A DNA stretch of 64,000 nt from a virus. Made by a program: the position numbers and the translations under genes. The notes below the pieces were generated by a model. The model made no database searches. It was not told the DNA's origin and was given only the letters and a program-made list of their open reading frames with translations. This document shows, piece after piece, positions 19,744-29,376 of the stretch. The first letter of the stretch is position 1. Every line of letters begins with the position of its first letter. The stretch lies in IMG/VR virus record IMGVR_UViG_3300025150_000003, positions 105,414-169,413 of that record; one strand, given 5' to 3'.

Positions 19744-22166
19744 CAGGGTGTCACCACGACCGTTTTGGCTCCCAAACCCCATGTTGCAAAGGGGAGGTTG
19801 GTGAACGGCTCACGGGAACCTGCGCAGATGACGGGGCCGATGTCCAGGCCGTTGCCTGGGGAAGCCAACGTGATGACCGTCCCTGACCGGATGGAGACCG
19901 GGCCATTGGACTCAATCTGCACCGCCACCAAACCTTTCATGACAGCGGCCCCCGCCGTCGCGTTGAGCTTGACGTTGCCCACCAGAGCATCAGCGGTGAT
20001 ACCCCCAGCTCCGATCTCGACGGAGTTCTGAAACGCCCGTGCTTTCCAGGTCCCGACCTCTGTCTCATAGGTCATGTTGCCAATGAGGATGCTGGTCTTG
20101 TGGTTGCCGAGCTTGAACGTCTCCTCACGGTCACCCATCTCATAGGTGACCTCCTCACAGACCACACCAGGGAAGTTCGGGGTGTAGCTCCGCTCGTGCA
20201 GAGCACCGTTGGTTGGGAGGAGATTCTTGGGGCCGGTGAAGTTGTCCACCCGCTTCCCGGTCACCGTGGACTTGTAGTCCTCCGTCGAGGAATGGATCTG
20301 CTTGGCCGATGTGATCTCCACCAGGTCATGGCCAATGGCCCGGACCACCTTGGCGTTCTCCTCGATCTCCTGCCCCTTGACGAGAATCTTCTTCTCTGCC
20401 CGGAGACGAAGATTGGTCCGAGCATGGATGTCCACACTGGGGGTGGAACCACCCTCCCCACCCTGCGTACCTTGCAGCCGCTCCATCACGGCTTCTTCAT
20501 CCCGAGTGGGGCCACCACCATAGATGACCACAGGACCCAACTCACTACGGAGCCGGAGGCTGTCCTTGCTCAGGGTGCCCAGACGGATGCCACCCTTGAG
20601 TTGCAGATCCAGCCCGCCGCCCATGGCCAAGCGCATCCCACCTGCAATGGCAGCATTCACCCCGTAGCCCGAGGTGTGGCCTGAGATGCTGATGTTGACT
20701 TCCCCACGCTTGTTGACCGACCACCAGGTGGGAGGCATGTCCCCTTTCACAGGGGTCAACTTGAACAAGGTAGCAGCGTGCTGTCCCAGAGGTGTGCCAC
20801 CACTCTGACCTGGAGCTGCAATCCGAGCAGGGAACATGCGGGGGCTCAGGCCCCCCATGCCATCGAACACCTGGGTGACCATCGGGAGGCCATACTGAGG
20901 GCGGCCTAGTTGCGTGAAAGGGTCATTCCCCACAACCGAGCCGAGCACCCACTCGATGAAGGGTTGGTTGCCACTGACCCCCGGTGTGCTCTGATCACTG
21001 TCTGGCAACCGCTCAGCGTCGAAACCATCCGTTTGCTCCGTCACGGGCAAACGACCATCCGAAGTGTGGGACACCTCAATTCGATGCTCGGTCAGGATAG
21101 AGGCACCAGGCAGCAACGTGGCGTTGTCTTGAGACCCCGGACCGATACGATAGAGGTTCTTGCCACCGTAGACCGCGTCGTTGAGGTGCCTGGAGTCGTA
21201 GGCAACGCCTTCCTCGTCGATGTATCCACCCGTGTGCAGGAACACGTAGGGATCCAGGTGCTTCGGGTAGGAGTAGACCGCTCCCGAAAGGTCCCCCTCT
21301 GGCCCGAAATTGCGAGCCAGCATCGGGTCAGGGGTCAGGTGGTTGTTGGGGTAGTTCTCGCTCAGAGGCAGGTCATTCTCGTGCAGCGGAGCCCCTGCGT
21401 AGGCCTGAATAGCCCCATCCCACGTGTGCCCATCGCTGAACATCGTCGTCGGCAGGCGAAGGGCATCCCGCTGCACCATTCCGGCATAGGTTCGACTACC
21501 GGCAAGGGCAGTGAACTGCTGAAGTGCTCGGGTGACCACTGCCTGATCGGCATCCCGGAGTAGGATCTGGTTGCCACGACGGTTGGTCAGGAGCACATCC
21601 TCGTCGAGGACCAGGTCTGACCCCTGCGAACTGGAGGCCACGATGTTGCCCGGCTGGATGTGACGGAGCTTGTGGCGGATACGGTCGAAAATCCCGTGGA
21701 TCTCCTCCTTGCTCCGACTCGTCCCGCCATCGTGCTCATCCTCGGTGAAGTTCGAGAGAGTCAGCCAATCCCGACCTGGCCACACACCAGGCAGAACCCA
21801 AGTCAAGATGACCGGCGTGGCGGACCCACCCCACTTCTCCGAGGATTCCTGAGGCAACCAGCCAATGACGCAGTAGTCTCCGACCTCAGGCATCGCACCC
21901 AGGAAATGCCGTGTCCCTGCCCCGGGGTAGGTCAGAGGAACAGGCACCCGCTCGAACTCCTGCTCGGTGCCAATCACCGTGCGGAGGGTGACGTAGTGCT
22001 CCTCGTAGTCGATGGCGACCACGCGAGCCACACCCAGCCCCATGTTGCCACCCCGATCGGGGTTCATCTCATCAAGCTGCTTCTTCTTCGCGAAAGGTTG
22101 ATTCTTGAGGTCTCCGCGATGCACACGCCCCAGGGTGTTCCAAGCTCGACCGAGTTCATCAGGCAT
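19743..22166 (-). CDS. Baseplate central spike, gp5/gpV/VgrG-like (807 aa)
   Basis: N-terminal OB-fold signature (ARVVAID...GAMPEVGDYCVIGW). C-terminal beta-helix-like repeats. Directly follows the hub gene. Confidence 0.8.
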   Translation of the reverse strand: MPDELGRAWNTLGRVHRGDLKNQPFAKKKQLDEMNPDRGGNMGLGVARVVAIDYEEHYVTLRTVIGTEQEFERVPVPLTYPGAGTRHFLGAMPEVGDYCVIGWLPQESSEKWGGSATPVILTWVLPGVWPGRDWLTLSNFTEDEHDGGTSRSKEEIHGIFDRIRHKLRHIQPGNIVASSSQGSDLVLDEDVLLTNRRGNQILLRDADQAVVTRALQQFTALAGSRTYAGMVQRDALRLPTTMFSDGHTWDGAIQAYAGAPLHENDLPLSENYPNNHLTPDPMLARNFGPEGDLSGAVYSYPKHLDPYVFLHTGGYIDEEGVAYDSRHLNDAVYGGKNLYRIGPGSQDNATLLPGASILTEHRIEVSHTSDGRLPVTEQTDGFDAERLPDSDQSTPGVSGNQPFIEWVLGSVVGNDPFTQLGRPQYGLPMVTQVFDGMGGLSPRMFPARIAAPGQSGGTPLGQHAATLFKLTPVKGDMPPTWWSVNKRGEVNISISGHTSGYGVNAAIAGGMRLAMGGGLDLQLKGGIRLGTLSKDSLRLRSELGPVVIYGGGPTRDEEAVMERLQGTQGGEGGSTPSVDIHARTNLRLRAEKKILVKGQEIEENAKVVRAIGHDLVEITSAKQIHSSTEDYKSTVTGKRVDNFTGPKNLLPTNGALHERSYTPNFPGVVCEEVTYEMGDREETFKLGNHKTSILIGNMTYETEVGTWKARAFQNSVEIGAGGITADALVGNVKLNATAGAAVMKGLVAVQIESNGPVSIRSGTVITLASPGNGLDIGPVICAGSREPFTNLPFATWGLGAKTVVVTP

Positions 22167-25100
22167 TAGTTATCCTCCCCAGTGAGTTCCCCAACCCGTC
22201 GCTCGAACTCGGCACTAGCCGCCGAAAGAGCACTATCACTAGGCCCCGTGGAGTCGGTGAACGCATCGGCCAACTGCTTGACGATGAAGCTCCCTCCCCG
22301 GTCCATCACCTGCCCTCGAAGAGCCTGCTGCTGTTGCTGCCACCCGGAAGCGGCCTGTGCAGCCGTGTGAGCCACCCATCTGGACCCCTCATCCGCAGGG
22401 TCCTCACCCAGCCCCTCGTGCTGCGGAGAGCCTCCCTGTGAGAACTGGAGGAAGTCCTCTTGCCCGAAGGCCACCAGGTGGATGTCGGCCTCCGCTGCCT
22501 TGCAATCGCAAACGTGGCCAGCCTGCTGAAGATTCATGTCGGCGAGAGAGTAGGCCGCGTTGATGACTGGGATCTTCTGGATCCCATCCAAGGTCTTGTC
22601 CGCGAAGATATTTGCCAACGAGAACTGAAGTTGGCTCGCGTCACCGTCACCCTTGAGCAAGAACCCATAGTCGAGGATCTGCTTGTCGGTGAGACCTCGG
22701 CCTCGAAGTTGAGAAATCAACTCATCGTTCAAATACTTGGCTGCTGCTGGACCCTCTAGTGTCACGGTCTCCGATACGGGTCCGGTCTTCTTCACCCCGG
22801 CCACCGTCTGAGTCTTGTAGCCTGGGACCTTGATCACTCCGTTGCCCTTGTTCTGCACGAAGAACTGGAGGATCATCTCCACCAGGGTCTTGTCGAGCAT
22901 ACTGAAGATGTCCAGCTTGTGGATCTGGTCGAAGACCCCGTCAGGTTCGATGCTCACCCCACGCCCGTAGCGGTAGTTGCCGATAACCTCGTAGCCCGCT
23001 GCATCCGACACCGGGAACACCGGACTGAAACTCGTGTCCCGTGCTGTGTGCCGGACGATCTTCTTGACGGTGTTGCTGGCTGCCACCGCTACACCAAAAA
23101 GGCTACTGATCTGTCCATCGACTACAGCCTGCACAGGACCCCAATCCTCTTTCTTTCCCCCTGCTGCTTCGAAGGTTTTTAGGGATGACCGTCGAAGCGA
23201 CTCCATCCCATTGACGAAACTCTGAGCAAGTACCTCTGAGATCGTGGCGGACACCCCAACGAGGGTTGCCGTGGAACCCCCAGCCCCCAAAGTGATCCCA
23301 CCGGTTTTCCCACCATAGTTCAGCGAACCGAAAGTTGCGTCCTTCGGGACCTGAGCTTTGTAGATCGTCACAGAGCTAGGGAAAGACGGCATCGAACCAA
23401 AGGTGATAGGCTTGCCATTCAGTTGGTTGGAAGCCTGAAGTGCCATCACCTTTACGGCATCATTGATCTCCCCCGCCCAAGATGTCCAAAGAGGCCCAAA
23501 AATGCTTTCGATTGTGTCAGAGGGGGATGGGCTAGCCTGGATGAACAAACTGCTCACCTTGGAACGCACTGCCTTACCCAGGGTCCCGATGTTCGTGGTG
23601 GGGGCGTTGTTCACGCTCTGCTTGACGATGGTCACCGGCTGGACACTGAACATCAGCTCCAAGATGTCGCTGGTCGCCATCGACTGGCCCATCGGGAACT
23701 CCGAGTTGCTGTTGAGCACTCGAATGCCCTTCGTGGGCTTGCCCTTGACCAACTTTGCCTCCACCTTCACCGCCGAAGGATCATCCGAGTAGGGATCCTT
23801 GGCATACATCAGGATCTCGGGTGCTGTGCCATCCAAGTCCGCAGGGGGTCCATCCACCACCAGGGTCTTGCTACTCGTGTCATACTCCACCACCTTCGGA
23901 CCCTGATGCTCCTCCTTGGGGTGCGAAGCGGAGTAGTAGCGGTAACTACCGGGTTGGCTGCCGTCCGAGAAGGTCGCTTTCTTGTCAGAGAGCATGTCCA
24001 GCAGATTGATGGTGCTGCTCAGGTCACCCCGTCCTGAAAAACTGGCGCTGGTCCGGTACTTGGCACCCACCTGGTTGAGCATGTCGAGCAAGAAGGCAAC
24101 ACCCTGCTGCTTGCCATCAGCGGGGTCCTTCCATCCCTCCTCCAGAGCCAGCCGTTTGCCGTTGATCTCGGCTGCCAGGTCGTCTAGGGCTGCTTCCTGA
24201 ACCGCAATCTGCGCCGTCAGCTTTTCGATCTGTGTGATGGTCCCGGCCTTCTCCCTGTTTTGCCCGGAGGCCAACTCGGACCGGTGCGACTGCAACTGAA
24301 GAATCTGCCCCTGCAAATCCTGCAACGTTCGCTCAGAAGCCTTCCGAGCGTCCGCGCTCTGGCTGAGGAGAGTCCCGTAGTTACGGGCCTCCGCGACGAT
24401 ATTGAATGCTCGATCCAGGGGGATGTCGTTCGCCTTCAAGAACGGGTCAATCAGGTCCTTGGGTTTAGTCGCCTGACCCTCGAAATCATCCATCTGGAAG
24501 AAGAACAGCACCTTGATCTGCTGAGAGCTATCCCCTCCCGTGCTGAACTTCGTGTTGAACACATAGACCGAGGTGCCACCCTCCCCGGTGTCCTGCTTCT
24601 GCACCAGCCCCATGGACTCCCCGATCTTGAGGATGTAGCGGATGACACGGAGGTCACTCAGGTCTTCCAGGTCACTGCCCACCACGAAGAACAAAGGGTT
24701 GATCTCCGTGGGGTCCAGAGCCATCACCACGTTCGGGAACCCGCTCAGCCGAGGATGATTCTCTTGGTCAAGGACCCGCAACGGGCGCTCGGGCAGGATG
24801 GTGTTGCCCAGGTCAATGTCCTCAATCCCGTTGGAGACACCATTGCCCACCCGACTCGCAGGATGCCCAGGGGCATAGAACTTCGCACGCTTCCCCACGA
24901 GCTGGAGACTCGTCGTGCACTGGCCACCAACAGCGTGTGAATGTGCGAAGCTGTTGCAATAGTAGAAGCAGTCCAGATAGGGGATGTAGACGGGGAACCC
25001 TGGCCGCAGTTCAGGCCGGACAGGGATGGTCAGGGATGCCGTCTTGACGGCGATGTTCATCACGTCCATGCGGTTCACAGCCGCAAAGAACATCGACTTC

Positions 25101-27376
25101 GAGTCGTTGAAGTAGGCCGTCTCCAGAGAGCCAGGTCGCCAGCCGTACTGGGCCACCAGCTTGTAGTCGATGAACTGACCCCGCACCCCCCACTCGTTTT
25201 CTAGCCCGGTCCCACCAATGTTCTTGATCTGGCTCCCCTTGCAGGTCATGTAGGTGACCTGTGGTTCCTTCTCGATGAAGGAGATGTTGATGATGTCAAT
25301 GTCCTCGATGCGGTAGACCCGAGACTTACTGGTGTCCAGGTTCCACATCGGCGGCTTGAACACGAAGTCCCCATCGACGTCCTGATAGAACTCGAACCCA
25401 GTGATACCCATCACCTTCTCGGCGACCTCCATCTTGGTCTCGTAGGAGGACTCGAAAAGGTTGACCTGACCCCAGTTGCCGATGTTCGAGACGAATGCCT
25501 GCATCTCGACGATGTTGATCTCGAACTTCGGGGTGTTGGTCTGTCCATCACCCTTGCTACGATCTCCAAAGGACGTGGCATCCCCGGCCTGCTTCTGGTC
25601 AGCCGAGAGCCTCTTGTATGTCAGATCGTCCTTAGCCTTCTTCGCCGCCTCCTTCGCCTTGCGGATAGACGCCGAGAAGAACCCCACGGACTCAGCCTCG
25701 TTGGTGATCGGCAGGGTCGCCGACTCCTTGGGGTCATTGTAGCGACCGCGCATCAACCTCAGAATGTTCGCCGAAGATGTTCTGCTCAGCCAAGCCGCCG
25801 TCATCGTCGAGAACAAGTCCCCCGTGGCCCCGTGCATCCGCAACCGCGTGTGGTTGTTCGCGAACCTCCGCTCCCAGTACCGGATGTTCAGCGAGAACAG
25901 GGACTCACCCCCGACCTCGGTCACGGCCGCCTGATTGCTCTTGCCCGCCAGTGCCCAACCCACACCACCAGCCGCCCCCACCATGTCGTGGAACAGGGTG
26001 TACATGATGGCATAGGGGTGCATCCCCGTGAAGTTGTGGCCCACCAGGCTCATCTTGAGCTTCGAGTTGGTCGGCCGAGCACCGAACACCGAGGCGTTCG
26101 TGCTCATGTTATGGTACGCCCAGAAATGCAGCATCGACGAACAGTTGACCGAGACGGTGTTCACACCACCGGAGTAGCTGTGAGTCACCTCCGTCACGAC
26201 CCCATGAAACACGTGGTAGTACGGATAGGCCAGGGTGTTCTCGATACCAAGCCCTGCGAGTCCCATCTCACCCAGTAGGGAGGGGCCTGTCTGTGCAACA
26301 TCGGCCGCGTTGACGTTGGCCGGAATGAAGCCAGGAGTGGCTTCCACCTGGACCTCCGCCACCTGAGACTTCACCTCCTGGGCCACCTGGGCGCTGAACC
26401 TCTTGTTCGCCCAACTGTCTCCGAACTGCTGCCCGCCCACGGCAGTGCGGTACTCCAGGTGTCTCCCTTTTGCATTACCAAGGGCTGACAAGTAGAACCG
26501 AGAGTACATCTCCTTGGGGGAAATCCGGGTATCGCGGAACTTGCTCCCGTATCTTGCAGCCGCACTAGCAATCCGCGCAGAACAGATGACGGGGTCCTGC
26601 CCATCGTAGTATCTGTCAGGGAACTTCGTGGCTATTTCATGGGAACCTGCAGCCCGGCCATCCATGAAATAGTCCACAGGGCAACCCAGGCCATTCGGGC
26701 AAGACAACTGGAACAGACCCGTTGCCCCACCTATAGACCCAGTCTCGTCTGAAGGCTTAGATTCGGCCGTCGCCGTCCAGTTACTCTCGAACTGAGCTTG
26801 GTTTACGGCCGCCAACCCGAAGGACGCCGGGAATCCGGCATCCGTCATGGTCTTGTAGATGATCTCGACGTTCTCCCGCTGCGAAGCGGACAAGGGCTTA
26901 CCCTCAAACGTCAACCCATCAAAAAGGCGCTCAATCGTAGGGGGGATCGGCTTAACCAGAAGTGGATCCGTCCCAAAGCTAGCCTGACTAGGGGACAGCG
27001 TAGAGCCGACGATCTCGTTGACCACCTTGGGCTCAGCCAGATGCTTGTAGAGCCCGGCCACGGGGAAGTAGCCCCGCATGTAGACGTGGACCTCCAGCCC
27101 CGGCCGGAGCAGGAACTTGGCATCACGAGCGAAAGAATCCGTGTGGTGCAGAGGGATGGACAGGGAGAAAGTTGCTGAGGCTCCGCCTGGTTCCGTCCCA
27201 GCATCCACCGAGACCTCGGTCAAGAACTGCTGGATGTCGATCTTGCCACTGCACTTCGAGCAACCGGGCAGCGCCGTGTCCCCGTTGAGATAGACCAAGG
27301 CATCGGGCGTGTGCTGAACCAGCTCACGACCATTGAGCTGCCAGGTGCCCACATAGGGACGGGATTCGATGCCCAC
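22166..27376 (-). CDS. Baseplate hub (gp27/gp44/gpD-like) with inserted lysozyme-like domain (1736 aa)
   Basis: Hub motifs: VFHGVVTEVTHSYSGG, FEFYQDVDGDFVFKPP, TIPVRPELRPGFPV, HSHAVGGQCTTSLQL. Lysozyme-like insert: AAVNQAQFES...GATGLFQL. Confidence 0.8.
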   Translation of the reverse strand: MGIESRPYVGTWQLNGRELVQHTPDALVYLNGDTALPGCSKCSGKIDIQQFLTEVSVDAGTEPGGASATFSLSIPLHHTDSFARDAKFLLRPGLEVHVYMRGYFPVAGLYKHLAEPKVVNEIVGSTLSPSQASFGTDPLLVKPIPPTIERLFDGLTFEGKPLSASQRENVEIIYKTMTDAGFPASFGLAAVNQAQFESNWTATAESKPSDETGSIGGATGLFQLSCPNGLGCPVDYFMDGRAAGSHEIATKFPDRYYDGQDPVICSARIASAAARYGSKFRDTRISPKEMYSRFYLSALGNAKGRHLEYRTAVGGQQFGDSWANKRFSAQVAQEVKSQVAEVQVEATPGFIPANVNAADVAQTGPSLLGEMGLAGLGIENTLAYPYYHVFHGVVTEVTHSYSGGVNTVSVNCSSMLHFWAYHNMSTNASVFGARPTNSKLKMSLVGHNFTGMHPYAIMYTLFHDMVGAAGGVGWALAGKSNQAAVTEVGGESLFSLNIRYWERRFANNHTRLRMHGATGDLFSTMTAAWLSRTSSANILRLMRGRYNDPKESATLPITNEAESVGFFSASIRKAKEAAKKAKDDLTYKRLSADQKQAGDATSFGDRSKGDGQTNTPKFEINIVEMQAFVSNIGNWGQVNLFESSYETKMEVAEKVMGITGFEFYQDVDGDFVFKPPMWNLDTSKSRVYRIEDIDIINISFIEKEPQVTYMTCKGSQIKNIGGTGLENEWGVRGQFIDYKLVAQYGWRPGSLETAYFNDSKSMFFAAVNRMDVMNIAVKTASLTIPVRPELRPGFPVYIPYLDCFYYCNSFAHSHAVGGQCTTSLQLVGKRAKFYAPGHPASRVGNGVSNGIEDIDLGNTILPERPLRVLDQENHPRLSGFPNVVMALDPTEINPLFFVVGSDLEDLSDLRVIRYILKIGESMGLVQKQDTGEGGTSVYVFNTKFSTGGDSSQQIKVLFFFQMDDFEGQATKPKDLIDPFLKANDIPLDRAFNIVAEARNYGTLLSQSADARKASERTLQDLQGQILQLQSHRSELASGQNREKAGTITQIEKLTAQIAVQEAALDDLAAEINGKRLALEEGWKDPADGKQQGVAFLLDMLNQVGAKYRTSASFSGRGDLSSTINLLDMLSDKKATFSDGSQPGSYRYYSASHPKEEHQGPKVVEYDTSSKTLVVDGPPADLDGTAPEILMYAKDPYSDDPSAVKVEAKLVKGKPTKGIRVLNSNSEFPMGQSMATSDILELMFSVQPVTIVKQSVNNAPTTNIGTLGKAVRSKVSSLFIQASPSPSDTIESIFGPLWTSWAGEINDAVKVMALQASNQLNGKPITFGSMPSFPSSVTIYKAQVPKDATFGSLNYGGKTGGITLGAGGSTATLVGVSATISEVLAQSFVNGMESLRRSSLKTFEAAGGKKEDWGPVQAVVDGQISSLFGVAVAASNTVKKIVRHTARDTSFSPVFPVSDAAGYEVIGNYRYGRGVSIEPDGVFDQIHKLDIFSMLDKTLVEMILQFFVQNKGNGVIKVPGYKTQTVAGVKKTGPVSETVTLEGPAAAKYLNDELISQLRGRGLTDKQILDYGFLLKGDGDASQLQFSLANIFADKTLDGIQKIPVINAAYSLADMNLQQAGHVCDCKAAEADIHLVAFGQEDFLQFSQGGSPQHEGLGEDPADEGSRWVAHTAAQAASGWQQQQQALRGQVMDRGGSFIVKQLADAFTDSTGPSDSALSAASAEFERRVGELTGEDN

Positions 27377-27379
27377 GGA

Positions 27380-28645
27380 CTACCTCCCAAACCGGAACGG
27401 GGACAAGGTGCGTTCGGCCTGGTCCACTACCGCAGCCGCTGCAGTTGCCCCCACGAAGCCTCCTGTGGACTTCGGGGGCACTAGACCCGCTACGCCATCT
27501 GGCCCTCCAACCGAATTGTCCCCAGTGCTCGGAAGGGCTCGGTTCTCCCTCCCGTGATAGCGGGGGTCTGATGCCGATGGGATGGGGGAACGCATCGGGG
27601 TGACGACCATGGACTGCTTGCTGGTGTCCACCATCGCATTGACCGTGAACTCCAGGTCGAAGGTCACACCACCATTCTGAGTCCCCTCCTCCAGGGTGTA
27701 GGTGAAGGACTCCATGTTACCGTAGTAGACCCAGCCATCGTAGTGAATGCTCAACGCTCCCACCATGTGCATCGCGTTCGACTTGCCCACGGTGTCGTAG
27801 ATGTAGCCGTTGTGTCGATAGAACTGATACGCCGTCTGGAAGTTCTGCCAGGCGGCGGAATCCCTCCGGCTCGCAAACTGAACGCCACGCCCCCCCGACA
27901 TGAACGCCCCGCACTTGGCCGATACCGTCAGCCGAGGCTGCTCCTCTCCCCATGCCTGGAACACGAAACCATAGCGTGTCCGGTCACTGAACTGCTGGAT
28001 CTTCGTGTAGCTCATTGCGAGGGACTGCGGGTTGATCAGCAGGATGAGAGGTGGGGTGTTCACGAGCGCCCGAAGCTGCATCGTGATGTCCACTGCCGTC
28101 TGGAGATCCGCCAGAGCCGGGGTGCCAATCCTCGTTGGCCCCAGGTCCCCTCGGTCTACAGAGACCGTGCCTACCTGCCCCCCACCTGGTGCCCTGTGCA
28201 TGAACCCATTGCTAATGTAGCTGTCCACGGAGCCCGCATTCGAGAGCTGTGACCCTGCGGGGATGTCCATCTTGATGCGGTTGCGTGCTGCGTTGAAGGC
28301 CTTGGGGGCACCGCTGTGCCCCCCATCGAACATCCCCGCGTAGTCCTTCTTGCCCCCATAGACCTCGGGGGACCCCTCCATGATGAGCGGAGGCTCCACC
28401 TGAATCATGAAGGGGCTCAGCGTCCGCAGCAGATCCTTGCTACCGTCGATGGCTGGCGTCTGGTTGGCCTCATACTCCAACCCGAAGTCTGGCCCCTGTC
28501 GCAACCCGTTGTAAGCCCCTGGTGATGGCGGGGACTCCAACTGAGACGTGGTCACGTCTGGTTGGTAGCCCGAGCCCTCAGGAGGGTTGCCCTTGGATGA
28601 GAACCGGGAAGCGGAGCCCCTCTGAACTTTGCCCCAGACAGCCAT
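27380..28645 (-). CDS. Tail tube initiator-like protein (gp48/gp54/gpU-like)
   Basis: LLINPQSLAMSYTK...FVFQAWGEEQPRLTVS...YYGNMESFTY pattern; lies between tape measure and hub. Confidence 0.65.
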   Translation of the reverse strand: MAVWGKVQRGSASRFSSKGNPPEGSGYQPDVTTSQLESPPSPGAYNGLRQGPDFGLEYEANQTPAIDGSKDLLRTLSPFMIQVEPPLIMEGSPEVYGGKKDYAGMFDGGHSGAPKAFNAARNRIKMDIPAGSQLSNAGSVDSYISNGFMHRAPGGGQVGTVSVDRGDLGPTRIGTPALADLQTAVDITMQLRALVNTPPLILLINPQSLAMSYTKIQQFSDRTRYGFVFQAWGEEQPRLTVSAKCGAFMSGGRGVQFASRRDSAAWQNFQTAYQFYRHNGYIYDTVGKSNAMHMVGALSIHYDGWVYYGNMESFTYTLEEGTQNGGVTFDLEFTVNAMVDTSKQSMVVTPMRSPIPSASDPRYHGRENRALPSTGDNSVGGPDGVAGLVPPKSTGGFVGATAAAAVVDQAERTLSPFRFGR

Positions 28646-29373
28646 CAGGTTCCTCCCCCGCCAACGTCATTGTTGGCCTTGGACTTGCCAAGATCACCCC
28701 AAGCCTGGCCGATCAGACCGATCCCGTCCGCGACGTTGGCCGAGGGCTGGGTGAAGTTCCCGATGGAACCCGAGGGAGCACTATTCGTGCGGATGCGGAG
28801 AACCTCATGGGCCACGGTGAACTCCGCTGTCAGGTCGAACTGGTAGGGCTTCTCGGCGGCCTCCCCGACTGTGAAAGTCTGGAACCAGCCGAGATAGACC
28901 CCTCCGTCGAACGTGATCTTGATGATCCCCTGGAAGACGATCTGGCCCGTGGAGTCGTAGATGCTCCCGTTGTTGTGAAACAGGGCCAGCATGTCGAGGA
29001 ACTTGTCGTAGGCGATAGTCTCTCGCCGGGTGCCCTCGGTGTCAAAACCACCACCTGTGACGTTTGAAAGCCCCGTGTAGAGCCTCTTGAACCCGCCTGT
29101 GGCCATGTTGAACGAGATGGCCCGTGCAGCCTCGCCCCAGTGCTGCTCGACGAACCCGCCCTTCGTCTGGATACGCTCCGTTTGCTTGGAGTAGTTCATC
29201 CCCATCGACGACGGGTTGACATGCAGGACCATCCTCACGTCCGCAGGCAGGATGCTGGTCGAGAGGTCCGGGCCAAGGATGTCGAACACCACCGGTCGCA
29301 CGCCCTGGCCGTTGAACTCGTCATCAGCCGAGACAAACGCGCTCTTGAAGACTGGGGTGCGGTCCTTGGGCAT
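28645..29373 (-). CDS. Tail tube initiator-like protein, paralog of 27380..28645
   Basis: LHVNPSSMGMNYSK...FVEQHWGE...YLGWFQTF aligns by eye with the neighbouring gene. Confidence 0.65.
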   Translation of the reverse strand: MPKDRTPVFKSAFVSADDEFNGQGVRPVVFDILGPDLSTSILPADVRMVLHVNPSSMGMNYSKQTERIQTKGGFVEQHWGEAARAISFNMATGGFKRLYTGLSNVTGGGFDTEGTRRETIAYDKFLDMLALFHNNGSIYDSTGQIVFQGIIKITFDGGVYLGWFQTFTVGEAAEKPYQFDLTAEFTVAHEVLRIRTNSAPSGSIGNFTQPSANVADGIGLIGQAWGDLGKSKANNDVGGGGT

Positions 29374-29376
29374 GGC

